Shown: piece by piece, positions 21,659 through 45,435 of the stretch
How positions within the stretch are numbered: position 1 is the first letter of the stretch
How the letters are laid out: every line of letters starts with the position of its first letter
Assembly (NCBI RefSeq): GCF_009914755.1
Contig: NC_060925.1
DNA from: the human T2T-CHM13v2.0 reference genome, Homo sapiens
DNA: 64,000 nucleotides
Reading direction: 5' to 3' (one strand)
The notes under the pieces: model-generated
Told to the model about the DNA's origin: nothing
Databases searched by the model: none
Seen by the model: only the letters and a program-made list of their open reading frames with translations
Made by a program: the position numbers and the translations under genes

Positions 21659-23859
21659 TAGTAGAGACGGGTTTCTCCATGTTGAGGCTGGTCTCCAACT
21701 CCTGACCTCAGGTGATCCGCCTGCCTCGGCCTCCCAAAGTGCTGGGATTACAGTCGTGAGCCACCGCGCCCAGCCACCACCCACTCTTTAAGAAAATACA
21801 AATCAACGCCATTTTTTGTACAATAAAAGTATGTGCTTTCTGTGTTAAATGTAATGGTTAAAGGTATAAAGCATCTGTTTTGGGCTCTGTCGCCCAGGCT
21901 GGAGTGCAGTGGCACGATCTCGGCTCACTGCAAGCACCGCCTCCCGGGGTTCATGCCATTCTCCTGCCTCAGCCTCCCGAGTAGCTGGGACTACAGGCGC
22001 CCGCCCCCAAGCCCGGCTAATTTTTGTATTTTTTTTTTTTAGTAGAGACAGGGTTTCACCGTGTTAGCCAGGATGGGCTCGATCTCCTGACCTCGTGATC
22101 CGCCCGCCTTGGCTTCCCAAAGGGCTGGGATTACAGGCGTGAGCCACTGCGCCTGGCCCAAAGTATGTGTTTTATAAATAAAAATGAACCCCAGGAATTA
22201 GGAGTGTTTAAACAGACCCTTCTAGTCTGTTCAAGTGCTGGGCAATCATTCTTCGAATCTAAACTGCCCAGCTAATTAGAGCCATAATAATTTACCTGAG
22301 TTATCAGGCTACTGTAACAGATTCCAAATTTCCACTAAAACTAATAGTTTTACACTATTTCATTTTCATTGTGCAGACAAAAAAGAAAAAAAACACAGCA
22401 TTTAAAAAAAAATTCTGTAAGCTCTCACCGCCAAAAGGAAGGATAGGCCAGGCGCGGTGACTCACGCCTGTAAGCTCAACACTTTGAGAGGATCTCTTGA
22501 GCCTAGACGCTCAAGACCAGCCGGGGCAACATGGTGAAACCGTCACTACAAAAGGTTAAATTAGCCCAGCGCCAGGCACGGTGGCTTATGCCTGAAATCC
22601 CAGCACTTTGGGAGGTCGAGGCGGACGGATCACTTGGTCAGGAGATGGAGACCATGCTGGCCAACATGGTGAAACCCCATCTCTACTAAAAATACAAAAA
22701 TTCGCCGGGCGTGCTGAGGCGTGCCTGTAGTCCCAGCTACTCCCCGAGGCGGAAGTTGCAGTGAGCCAAGATCCACTGCACTCAAGCCTGGGTGACAGAG
22801 CGAGCCTCCTTCAAAAAAAAAAAAAAAAAAAAAAAAAAAAAGCCCAGCGTGGTGATTCGCGCCTATTCTCAGCTATTCAGGAGGCTGAGGTGGGAGGATA
22901 ACCTGAGTCCAGGGAGGTCGAGGCTGCAGTGAGCTGTGATTTCGTTACTGCAAAAAACAGAGACCTTGTCTTAAAAAAAAAAAAAAAAAAAAAGGATAGT
23001 TGATGTCAAAAGATACGGTATAAAAATTTAAAGCTCTATGCAGTGCTTTTGGTCATAATGAAACTAAATTATTTGGAATCCAAAAGCCTCTTCTCAGATA
23101 TTTCTTTCATCTGGAAGCCATCAAATCCTGATCGATTCCTTCAACAGATGTTCTTTTACCTTTTCATCCTATCATTATGAGCTTTACCTCCTGTTACTGA
23201 AATAACTCCCTATAATTATACATAGTAAGAATATAAAGGGCTGGCTCTTCTATGTACTCACGCTGTGAAGAAAAACTTAAAAAAAATTAAACAAAAAAAC
23301 CTTGTACGAAAGCAAAGGAAGAAGACAAATTTAGCAGCAGTTCTCTTGAATTTCCTGGCTTTGTTGATTTCGAACCACAAGGTTAACATTAAAACACAAA
23401 GACTCACATTTAAATATTTCTTTTGAAATCAGAAAAACAATAGCTCTTTGAAATGACGCTGGAACGCACACAATAGATTCTACTGGGTCAATGTATTATT
23501 TATATACTCATCTGAACTTTCAAAAGAAGTTAAATGGGAGATATTGTCAACAGGCAAAAATAAGATATTCCAATCTATTGTTCAAGTTTATGGCTCCGAT
23601 ATAAATAATGGGCTATAAACCCGTATCTGGAAAACAGTTGCGCAGTGCGTGCTTAATGGCCAGCCAATGAAAACCAACGTCTCATTCTACTCCGTCTTTC
23701 AGCACGTCAAGGACATCCCACTCCGCCTTTTTTTTTTTTTTCTTTTTAAAGAGGCCAACCGCTGGGGACACCTGGTTTTGGCACCTTTATGAGGCCTCCC
23801 AGCAGCACAGGAGCTCTAAGGGGCACGCTCTGCAGTTGAGCTATTTGCAGAGCTCCATG

Positions 23860-25720
23860 ATCGCTCAAAGCCGAGCACGCGCACGGGTTTGCTACTGGCA
23901 CCAGCACAAGGCTTTAGACAGGCACTTCCCACGGCTGAGTTCTAGGCATCCCCTTTTTGAAACGTGTTCTCTCCACCCTGCAAGGGTGGGGTGAGAAATC
24001 TCACTTTCGAAGGGCTTGCAAGGAGGAAGAGAGTCGGCGCCTTGCGGATTCCCCGGCCGCGCTTCAAGGTTCACACGCCGCGTGGCAGCTCGGATGCAGC
24101 CCGGTTCCGAGGCGGTCGGCGGTCGAGACTGGGGCCTCGAGCCGAGAAGCGAAGAACAAAGCGGCCGCGTTAGCCCGCCGCCCCGAGGGACAGCCCGGGC
24201 GCGCCCGCCGCTCCGCCCACACCCCGCCCCTCGGCCGCGCGAAATGGCGGCGGCCGCACCACAAAATGGCAGTCGCTCGGTCGCGGAGAAGCACCTGCTA
24301 AATGCCGTGACTCCCTCCCCCTGCCCTGCCCCGCTAGCGCCAACGTCGTTCTCCCCGCCCAGGCGCCCCGGTCTTCCCACGCCGCCCCGCCCAGGGGCAA
24401 CAGGGTCCGGAGCCCGCCAACAACGCGGCGCCTTTGTGCGGGCGCACGCCACCTTTACTCAGCCACACGGGCCCCTCTCCGGGGGGCTTTTTCTTAAAGG
24501 GGCAACCGCTGGAAGAAACGGAGCACCGCCGCCCGGGACGCCCCTCAGGCCCGGGGTTACTACGGTTTCCCCAACTCGCAGCGTTAGCGTCAGGCCACCA
24601 AAGTGAAGATGGGTGGTGAAAGGACCACAGAGCCCGATAGGAGAGAAAACCTAGGAAAAATTAGTGAAAGACGCCCCCAACCAATGCTTTGGCGGCCACG
24701 CTGAGTCCTAACGTACTGAGCCCACTCGACGGGGCCCGTGCGCACAGGCGGCTCCAAAGGGCGGGTTTCGGCTTTCCTTCCACCTCGCAAAAGTCCAGTG
24801 AGCGCTCTAGGTTTCTCATGGCTACCCCCTGCCCTCTCCCCGTGCTGGGGAGTCTCGGGGGCTGAGCAGTGGCAGAGGGAGGAGCGGCTGCCGCGGTCCC
24901 TGTGCTTTTTCTCTGGCGTGAGGGTCTCAGTGGCCTTGGGCTCTGCTTGGGCCGTGGCTCGAAGGTTGGAGGTGTCGCGGTGCGCTTGGGTTTTTTCGCT
25001 TTCTTTCAAACGCTTGCTTCCTGGCGCTCCCCACCCCCCAGCGTCCCTTTGGCTCCATCTTTCCAGAAACTTCTCTGAGAAACTCAGCAAAAAGCATCCA
25101 ATTTCGCCACTGCTTCCCCCTCCGCGCATGCGCGAGACGCCAAGCGGAAAGCCTTTGGCGCGCCGGAGTGTGAGAGTGGTGCGTGAGCGCGCGCGCGCGC
25201 TCGCCGTGCGGGGGCGGTTCTCTCTGACAATGAAGGGAAAGAATTCACCCTCCCCTCAACATTCCGTCCTCGCGCAAGCGCGTCGGAGCCACTTCCTTGG
25301 CCTTTGAGGGAAGGGGGAGGGGTCGTCCCGAAGCGCGCTAGTCGTGTTTCCGCGCGCCTGCGCACGGGGCCGTTTTCGTCTCGCTGTGTTGTCCGCGAGT
25401 CTTTGCTGTGAAGTGCGTCTGAACAGCTCGCTTGTGCCCGACCTACTTTTTCCTTAAGGCCCACTCGCGGAAACTAGTTTCTTGTGGGGTTATCGATTCT
25501 GTACCCTGAGTTTCCTGGAGATTAGTCTCCCCTTTGTGCCCCGGGGATGAGGCTGGACGGCGTCGCGCTGGCTTGTCTTCCACCCCTTCCCGCGCCATGT
25601 TTGGAACGGCTGTTGACTGGATCCCGTGTGGAGTGTGATGGAGCCTTCTCGAAACGGGAAAACAGTCCTGGCCGAAGGCTTGGGTGGTGCCTGGGCCGGC
25701 TTATATTAGGCACTGCGTAG
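23860..25720. promoter_or_regulatory. CpG island with promoter-like motifs ~12 kb upstream of SPEN exon 1
   Basis: Very high GC and CpG density; YY1 AAATGGCGGC (24242), NRF1 CGCGCATGCGCG (25123) and GCGCCTGCGCA (25354), E2F TTTGGCGC (25154), GC boxes. Confidence 0.9.
25123..25134. promoter_or_regulatory. NRF1 palindromic site
   Basis: CGCGCATGCGCG contains the NRF1 core GCGCATGCGC. Confidence 0.7.
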
Positions 25721-26209
<489 letters not shown>

Positions 26210-26229
26210 TAAAAGGTGTCATTTTCATT

Positions 26230-26900
26230 GGAACGGGGTGGGGCTCCTAGTGCCCGCCACAGTCCTCCACTCAGGCCGGCGGGGCGGGCCCTGGCCTCGG
26301 CCTCGGTGCGTGGGTGCAGAGGGCCTAGGCCGCAGCTGCTTCTCCCTCTGCCGAATTGAGCTGGGCGGTGGTAACCATAGTGGACCGCACTTCCTCTTCG
26401 TTCAGTGCCTCCCCTCATTCTTGTCCTTTAGGGGTGTGGTGGAAATTATTACCAGGGTTATGGGTTCTTCAAAATACAAAAAGCCAAACCAAAACGAAAA
26501 AAAACCCTCTTGTGTAATGAACTTCCCCCGCGTGCAAAATTCGGGGAACCCGGGCGGCTTGCCTCTGCCTCCCGCCTGCGCGGTCTCCCTAGACGTATTG
26601 CCTCCCGCCTAGCCGCCTCCCTAGACGTATTGTCTTGTGACGCACCCCCGAGTCCCTGTAGGTGCAAGGCTTTAAAAAGGGAGCTTTTTCGAGAAGAAAG
26701 CACATCGGGGGCTCTTAGAGGCCAGCGTGGACGCCGCAATCGCGGGGTGAGCCGCGCGACGACCCTATGGCTCTCGGAAGGTGCTGACTTGGGGCGGGTG
26801 CGCGTGCACCACTGACCGCGCCAGCCCGGGGTCGGGCCGGGGCAGCGCGCTGGGCGGAGCCGCTCCGTGGCCCCTAACAAAGGGCGAGCTCATTGCCCGG
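26230..26900. promoter_or_regulatory. Satellite CpG-rich segment separated from the main island by an Alu insertion
   Basis: CpG-dense with GC boxes (ggggcggg, tgggcggag); Alu sequence at ~25753-26178 splits it from the main island. Confidence 0.7.
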
Positions 26901-27234
26901 TGGGAACTGTGAGTTGGTGTCAGAGTCCTACTAGGAACTCAGTATATGAAACTTATCTAGAGGGTGTTGAAGTACCAGCAAGCAATAGAATTCTGACAAG
27001 GCTGTAATTTGAGGCTTGGAAATGACCAGGTTAACTGTCTCTTGAATTCGTAGAATTTGTTATAGATTCTGTCTTAACATAATTTATGCTTAATAGAGTC
27101 TTTAAAATCGGCGTTCCTACGGTAATGATACCACTGACTACTAAATAAGAGGAAGAAAATTTGTGGCGTGTATGTTTTATAATTTGAAATAGGCATATCA
27201 AAGTTCTTTTGTGCTGTCTAATAGGATCCTGGAG

Positions 27235-36405
<9,171 letters not shown>

Positions 36406-37169
36406 TTACAAGCCAGTGACTCTTGGATGGGATGCGTTTCTGAAGCCGTCGCTGTTCAGCAGAGCGGTGAGAAGGGCAACCTTTTTCTGATCGCTTTCCC
36501 AAGCAGGCAGGAATCTAAGTGTCCGGAAACGCCAGGAGCTGGCCGCCAGGTGAGCGGAGGACGAAGGGGTCCTGACTTCTAGGGGACAGGCCTTGGCAGC
36601 CGCTTTGACCCGTAGCCCTGTGGAAACCAATTGCATTTCTCTTCATATCTTCCACCAGGCCGGGGCCTGGGGTTGCCGCTGGAGGGGCTAAAGACCGCTC
36701 CTGCTTCCTCAGCCGCCCCTTGCCCGGCGCGGGAACCCGACCGAGAGCCCGCCAAGCAGCGGGACTCCACTAGCAGCTGCGCGCCTGCGCACCGGGGCCG
36801 AGCGCGCGAGCGTTCCTTCCCCGCCTGTAGTCCCTCACTTCGTCGCCCGGTCCGCGCGCCTGCGCGCCGGCTGGGAGGAACTCAGCTTCTCCGCCTTGGC
36901 AGGCGGGAGGACGCGCGCGCGCCCGCGGCGAGGGGGAGGCAGTGCGGCGGCGGGAGTCGGGCCGCGCGCGCCAGTGGGAAGCGTCCGGCTGCCACAGCGC
37001 CAGCTCCGTCGTAGTCGCTGCCGCCCGTGTCCCGCTCGCCCCTCCTCCCGCTCCCCCGCCCGCCCCTGCCCGGGCGCATGCGCTGCCGGAGCGCGAGGGT
37101 CGGCTTCGGGTGTGTGGTGGCGGCAGAGCTGAGCTGCGAGGCCCGAGAGTCAGAACCTGGGGGAGAGGG

Positions 37170-37271
37170 ATGGTCTCTGCACGGGGGGGAGCCGGAGGAG
37201 CCGCCGCCGCTGCCGACGCCACCGCCGCAGCCGCCGCCGCCGCCGCCCCGGCACCCGCCTCCCGGCGCTGA
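37170..37271 (+). CDS. Upstream ORF in the SPEN 5' leader, 33 aa, alanine-rich (MVSARGGAGGAAAAADATAAAAAAAAPAPASRR*)
   Basis: ATG at 37170 in strong context (GGGATGG); TGA at 37269-37271, 62 nt before the main ATG; out of frame with SPEN. Translation not demonstrated. Confidence 0.55.
   Translation: MVSARGGAGGAAAAADATAAAAAAAAPAPASRR
37200..37247 (+). repeat. Interrupted (GCC)n trinucleotide repeat in the SPEN 5' leader
   Basis: (GCC)3 GCT GCC GAC GCC ACC GCC GCA (GCC)6. Confidence 0.9.
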
Positions 37272-37333
37272 CGGTCTCGTACGAAGCCGGCGAGGGGGAG
37301 CCAGCAGCGGCGGTCGCCGGCACGCCGCCCAGC

Positions 37334-37416
37334 ATGGTCCGGGAAACCAGGCATCTCTGGGTGGGCAACTTACCCGAGAACGTGCGGGAAGAGAAGATCA
37401 TCGAGCATTTCAAACG
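37334..37416 (+). CDS. SPEN: SPEN (SHARP/MINT) coding exon 1, start of RRM1: MVRETRHLWVGNLPENVREEKIIEHFK(R)
   Basis: Kozak AGCATGG; RNP2-like LWVGNL; donor CG|GTGAGT; the 83 nt splice in frame to exon 2 (CG|A = Arg). Confidence 0.97.
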
Positions 37417-39390
37417 GTGAGTGACACGAGGCCCGCGGCCGCGCTCGCTCCTCGGGCGCCGCTTCCCGCCCCGGCCCGTTGCCGGCCCCTCCCGGAGCGC
37501 GGAGCTGGTGAGGAGGACTCCGGCCCGGACCCACGGGCGCTGTGGGACCTCGTCAGCCGCTCGGCCCGCGTCGCGGCGTTGGGCCTCGGGTGTCGGCGGT
37601 GCGGGCGGCCAAGCCGCGCCGCCTTCGAAGAGCCCGCGGGGCCCCGGCGGCCGCGTCCGTGACGAGGGAGGTGACCGAGGCTCGGCCTCCACGCAGCCGG
37701 CGCCCCGGGGCTGCCCTCGCGTCAGCCCGGGAGTCGGTGGGAGATGCGCTGGGCGGCGGGGTCGCGTCCTTGCGCGCAGTGCCCGGCCCGGAGCAGCCGG
37801 GACCCGAGCCCGCCCGACAGCCGGGTCCGGCGCCGCCACTCCAAGCTGCTCTGCGGGCGCTCGGCAATGTCTGACTCGGGAGGGTTCCGTGCGAAGGGAA
37901 AGGCGGTGCGAAAACAGAAGTCGCAGTAGGTACTGTGGTCGCGTCGCGGACCCGGAGAGACCATCTAGGACCTCTCCGGAGGATTTGCAGCCTTGAAACT
38001 CACTGGGAATGGCAAACGTTTCTCGTTTTTGCGGGGCTGGGTGGAGAGTGGTGTGAAATAAGTTGGTGCGCCCGTTTGGGCTTCCTCGTCCCCGGCGGAG
38101 GAGACCGCGTCTGACAGGAGGTTGCTAGCCCCGGCGCCCGTAGCCTCGGGTCGCACTCCCAGGCCGCCCTAAGACCCTGGTGCCCCCCACCCCTGAATTC
38201 CCGAATCAAACGGTAAAACATTCCAAACCTTTTACGATGAGAAGATGTAGCTTAAAAAAAAAACCTCCCCTGAATATTTTTGTGAATTATAAGAATAAAT
38301 GTTGTCGTTGATACATCTTATTGAGTAGCGTGTAGTGCGTTTTCTTTGTGAAATGCCTGTGTACCGTAACAGATAGGCCTCCGCATAAAACACTTATTAA
38401 AATGACGATTGGCTTGGACTTGGTGCAGATTCAGAGGGACCATAGCAAATCTGTGGTTGTCCTCGAAAATGACAGTTTATTCCGATATTTAAGACCCTGG
38501 AAGGTTTTAAGTTTGGCTTTTAATTTCCCTTACTATGTAGTGAGTGAAGGAAATTATGGAGCGTCCTCATTAATGAGTCACCATGGGAAAAATAGATTGC
38601 GTCGCTCGCTTTGAGCCGCTTGGATAAGGAAATGGAAGCAGCGGCGGCGGAGCTCCTGTCTTTTAAATGGAGGATCATTGATTGTGTTGGTGGTTGCTGT
38701 TACTGGGGCATTAAACCCTCGCCGCTGGAGCGCGCGTCTGCGCGTGTCCGCGTGTGAAAAGGAGCCGGGAATCGTGGGGCCATTCATAACCTGCTTGAGC
38801 TGTCCTCGGCAGGCCGGGGGGAGGTGCGCGCTTCCAGGGACTCTCCCGGTGTTTACTACGTCGTGCCTGAGAAACCAGGCGGGGGCGGGGGGAGGCAGGG
38901 AGCAAAAATTCACCTCTGTGCCCTAGGATGAAGGGGAGACCACGGGCTGGATTGGGAAGCAGATGGGAACTTTCTCTTCCTGGCGCTGCTCCACCCCTTA
39001 CCCGCCCCCCACCTCCTGGCTTCTCCTCGAGTATCGTCAGTGTTTTGATGGAAAAATCATTTAGGTGTACATTATTGGAGTGGAAAAACCACTTAGATGT
39101 GCTCACTTTAATCCCCTGTGGACTTTCTCTGTAGGTCTCTGCCTGGGAAATTCGTATGCACCGATGTACAAGCACGTGCATTGCAGCATTCGCTCGCTCC
39201 TCAGTGTTATGTGCCTAGACGTGTCATTTCTCATTATGCAGATTCCAGAGACATTGCATGCTTATGGCTGGGAGTTTGGCCCCTCTGCAAGATGAGGGGG
39301 CAGAGAGAAGAAAGAGGAAATCGTCCCAGGCAGCTTTGGAAGGGTTCTTAGTGGACGGTGCTGCGGTCTGGCTTGTGTGAATGACTTTCT

Positions 39391-39401
39391 AAAATGGCGG
39401 C
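39391..39401 (+). promoter_or_regulatory. Consensus YY1 site in SPEN intron 1
   Basis: AAAATGGCGGC, an exact YY1 consensus, in unique sequence at the island edge. Confidence 0.6.
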
Positions 39402-41045
39402 CAGGACCCACTTTATGTGGGAATCAGCAGAGCCGATCTCAGAATGCACAGAGGGAGGAGGGGGCGGAGGATTCGAGCTGCCTTGGAAAGCGGCAGTCTG
39501 GAGGAACATTACTGTATTAAAAACGGCTTAGCTGGCAGTTTGCTCACGACTGCATTCAAAGGAGTATCTTACCTATTGCAGAGTAAAAGCAGATGCTACT
39601 GATAAAAGCAGGTTATTTTAAAACTAAGCAGATCATGTGTCCCTGAAATTCTTTTATTTTAAAGGTTTTTTTTTTCATTTTTAAACAAATCTATTTAGTT
39701 GTTTAAATAGACAGTACATTTTTATGGGTTCAAAGCATGTGAAAGGTATACAGAGAAAAATCTCCACCCCTGACCCTAGAATTCCCAGTTGCCACACTTC
39801 CTCCCCTCACCCCCCAAAATCCAGGTAATGTCTATTTCTGGTTTCTTGTTTATCTTTCTGCATGTACAAGAAATGTTCCTGCTGATCCAGCTGTGGAGCT
39901 AAGTGGACCTTGTTTGGAGGAACTCAAGGCCTTTTATCCCTATTGTGGGATATATTTTGTAAAATGTGTGATTGCTACTAGGAGTAAAAGTGAAATCTGA
40001 ATAATTTAAGTGAAAGGAATAAAAAGGTAGTTGTACCAGAACGATGGCTCTGCAAGAAAATGAAATGGTATTCACTTCTGGTGTCTTGTACAAATCAGAA
40101 TGAGAAAAACCATGCAATACCTATATTAAAACTGAACTTTAAGTGCCTACTCTTATCCTTTTCCCTAGCTGATTACATTAATAACTGTTTTACAGGATTA
40201 AGAGGTGTACACTGGGAATACATTATATAAAACGTTTTCAAGATGAATGTTCTCTTAACAGTGATTAGGCTTTTGTAGTAAGTGTTTGCATTTTACAAAA
40301 AGATTAAACCAGACAGCTTTGGGGACAGCTTAGAGACATTTTAACAAAAAAAAGAGGTCAGTCAGTTCTTTAAAAATTTTTATATTTATTTTTAAATTTA
40401 CATTCTGATTAGTTTTGTTTGTTTGTTTGTTTTTAAATGGACAGTAGATTGAGGGGTGGATGGCGATTTGGCTTTTTCCTCCCCAGTGCCAAAGAAAGAC
40501 CAAATCCTTAAAACATAATCAGAACATTTACAAAAATTGGCTTTTCTTTTCTTGCAATAATAATAAATCTGTTGTTATTTTTACAGTTTTCAGTTTGCGG
40601 ATTTAAAAAAATTAAATGAGAACTATTTCTGAATCGGGTTTTAGTTAACAAAGATTCATTACAGGGACACAATAGAGAAAGTCCTTTCCTTTGTATGTTA
40701 GCTGGGTTGAAGGGGGAAGGGAGGAGTTATACAATTGGTTCCTGTCTTTTAGTTATGAGAGGGAGAGAGGTGTCTGCAAAGGCGACTCCTTGAATTAGAA
40801 TGAGCAAATGAATAAAACCCTTAAAATATTTAACATCTTTATCTTTTCAGATTTTAAGTAAGTTGCGAATTTAGTTCTTCCCATCCATCTCCAGTTTTAG
40901 AGACTAGGTTAAAGATTATGCGGAGGTAAACTGAGGTAGCCCCTCGTGTAAAAATATTGTTAAAGAGGCTGGGTGCGGTGGCTCACGCTTATAATCCCAG
41001 CACTTTGGGAGGCCGAGGCGGGCGGGTCACGAAGTCAAGAGTTCA

Positions 41046-41330
<285 letters not shown>

Positions 41331-42399
41331 TTAAATAGATGGAATAGCTATTACATTTTATGTATATTCAGATATCTTTACCTCTGGGACACAATATAAA
41401 ATATTGAATTTCCTTTTCCTGACTACTAGGGATATTTTTAGACTTAAACAAATTTGACTCACTGTAGCCTGTATCATTGTTACGTCGCTTCTTCATTTGA
41501 GACCAGAAGGTTTCTATGAAACCACTTCTTGTCTATGGCCATACCACCCATACCACCCCCATCCCGTCTATGAAACCACCTCTGGTTTTGAATATTCTGA
41601 TTTCCAATATCTATTTGCATGATAGGCTTTTGCACATTTTAAAAATAAAACAAAAAATTCAGAGTTATCTTAAAACATTAAAAATCACACAGAATAATTA
41701 TAAAGCAATACAGAATAATACAGAAAAATTATACAGAATAATTATACAAAATAATAAAAAATAATAAAATGGGTTTTATTTCCCAAAAGGAACGCCCCTG
41801 GCAGATTGGAGGAAAATATAGGGCTCACTGCCAGGAAGAATGATAGTGTTTCGCTTGTGTGGAGGGCACCTTTTTCTAACTACCTTTGTTGCAGACTCGT
41901 GATTGCTGGGATTGTATTGTGTGGTATACTTATGAAGAGGTTTCAGGCTTGATTTATGGGACATTTTAAATCCTGTGAACACTAATCCTTTGGGAAAATT
42001 TATGTAGGAGGTTTTTCCAAATAGTCTTTCAAGTTTCCCTTTCCCCCTAGTTTGAAATTTTACTGAAATTTTTAAAAAATTGAAAATATTCCATGAAAAC
42101 CAGCATATCCAATTGGAGACTATATATTTCTTTGCTTTTATTAATCGACTGACTGATTGATTGAGACAGAGTCACCCAAGATGGATCACGGCTCAATGCA
42201 GCCTTGACCTCCCAAGCTCAAGTGATCCTCCCACCTCAGCCTGCAAAGTAGCTAGAACCACAGGTATGTGCCACCACACTCGACTAATTTTTTATAGGGA
42301 TGGAAGGTCTCCCTATGTTGCCCAGCCCTGGTCTTGAACTCCTGGGCTCAAGTGATCCTCCCACCTTGGCCTCCCAGAGTGCTGGGATTATAGGCATGA

Positions 42400-43209
<810 letters not shown>

Positions 43210-43212
43210 TGA

Positions 43213-43380
<168 letters not shown>

Positions 43381-43770
43381 TAAAACATTTTTAGTGTTAG
43401 TTTGAGCTGTAGTTAACCATCCACAGTATTTAGAGTAAATAATGTAGTCTGAAAATACCTTGAGTGTATATATTCATTAAATTGGGCTCCTGAATTGTGT
43501 TATTAGATGATTTGAAATAAGTGCTGTTCAGCCCCTTGAAACACATATATTAGCCTGCTGAACAAGGAGACTAAATAAAGTACATTTATCTGTAGTTAAA
43601 TTAACAATCTTCTTTACTATTTGGTTTAAATTTTTCTTTAAACTTATTATTTTTACTTGCCTTACAGCTACACATATTTTGAATGAAAATAGTGTACTCC
43701 TCTGTGGAAACCAATTAGAATGTTAATCATTTTATTAGAAAGCATGTAGTTTTTTTTTGTTTGTTTTTGA

Positions 43771-43926
<156 letters not shown>

Positions 43927-44831
43927 TAGTAGAGACGGGGTTTCTCTGTGTTGAGGCTGGTCTCGAACTCTTAACCTCAGGTGATCTGCCCACCTCGGCC
44001 TCCCAAAGTGCTGGGATTATAGGTGTGAGCCACCGCGACCGGCCAAAACCATGTAATTTTTATGTGATATCTAGCTGGTTTTTAGTGTGTGGAAATATGC
44101 TTTGCAGTGAGTGAAAAGATTTTTTGGATATAATTTTAAAGTATCTCAATATTCAGATTGTTCTCCCTACATGTATTCCTGTCTGCCAAGTTGAAGATTA
44201 CAAGCATCTAAAAAAACCATAGTGGAATGGCTCTATAAAATCCTAACTTAAATTTAGTGAATTCTTGGATTTAATTACTTATGATTTCATTTTGAGTATA
44301 GAAATGAAATGAACTCTAGCATATTTAAAGATTTGTATTATATAGTTTAAGGAACTGCTCCAATCCTTAGAATTAAGGAAGATTTGTGGGAAAATTCAAA
44401 TGAGAAACACTATTTCTTATCCTGTGTACCTGGTGCTAGATTTTTAGTCCAGCCTTAAATGCAAGGGTTGCATGTGCCTGTCTTTGTATTAGATGCTGTT
44501 TGGGTCACTAGGGAACATTGCCAAATGATATGAAGATTCTTTTAATTATACATTGTATTGACTTTGATTGTTATATTCCCATTATGTTACACATAACGTA
44601 TGTACTTTTACATATAATACATTTATAGTTTCTTTGATTCTTAAAATTGACTAAAAGTGATTTTTTTTTTACACATCATTTATTTTTCCTTTGATTTAAA
44701 AACTGGGGCTTATGTACTCAAAAAACATTTTGCAGTTTACAAAACTACATTTAACATATAGCGATTTGTCTTTTACCAATCAAATTGGTAGGTAGAAGTA
44801 TTTTGTCTGAACCAGTAATTTTTTTAAATTA

Positions 44832-45173
<342 letters not shown>

Positions 45174-45219
45174 TCAAGATTATTTAAAAGTGTCCTTGGA
45201 TTAAAAGATAAAAGAGTAA

Positions 45220-45435
<216 letters not shown>

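Larger units (their letters stand above)
36500..38200. promoter_or_regulatory. SPEN: SPEN promoter CpG island (CpG-rich shoulder continues to ~39000)
   Basis: Extreme GC/CpG density around the ATG; NRF1-type GCGCCTGCGC repeats (~36781, ~36856) and GCGCATGCGC (37074-37083); GC boxes; no TATA. Confidence 0.93.

Noticed and set aside
23610-23670. TATA-like (ctataaa) and CCAAT boxes at the left edge of the upstream island
   Set aside because: Their order and orientation do not fit a canonical core promoter, and such short motifs are expected by chance.
36631-37996. Overlapping 100-229 aa ORFs across the SPEN promoter
   Set aside because: GC-composition artefacts; only the spliced SPEN frame and the ATG-initiated upstream ORFs are supportable.
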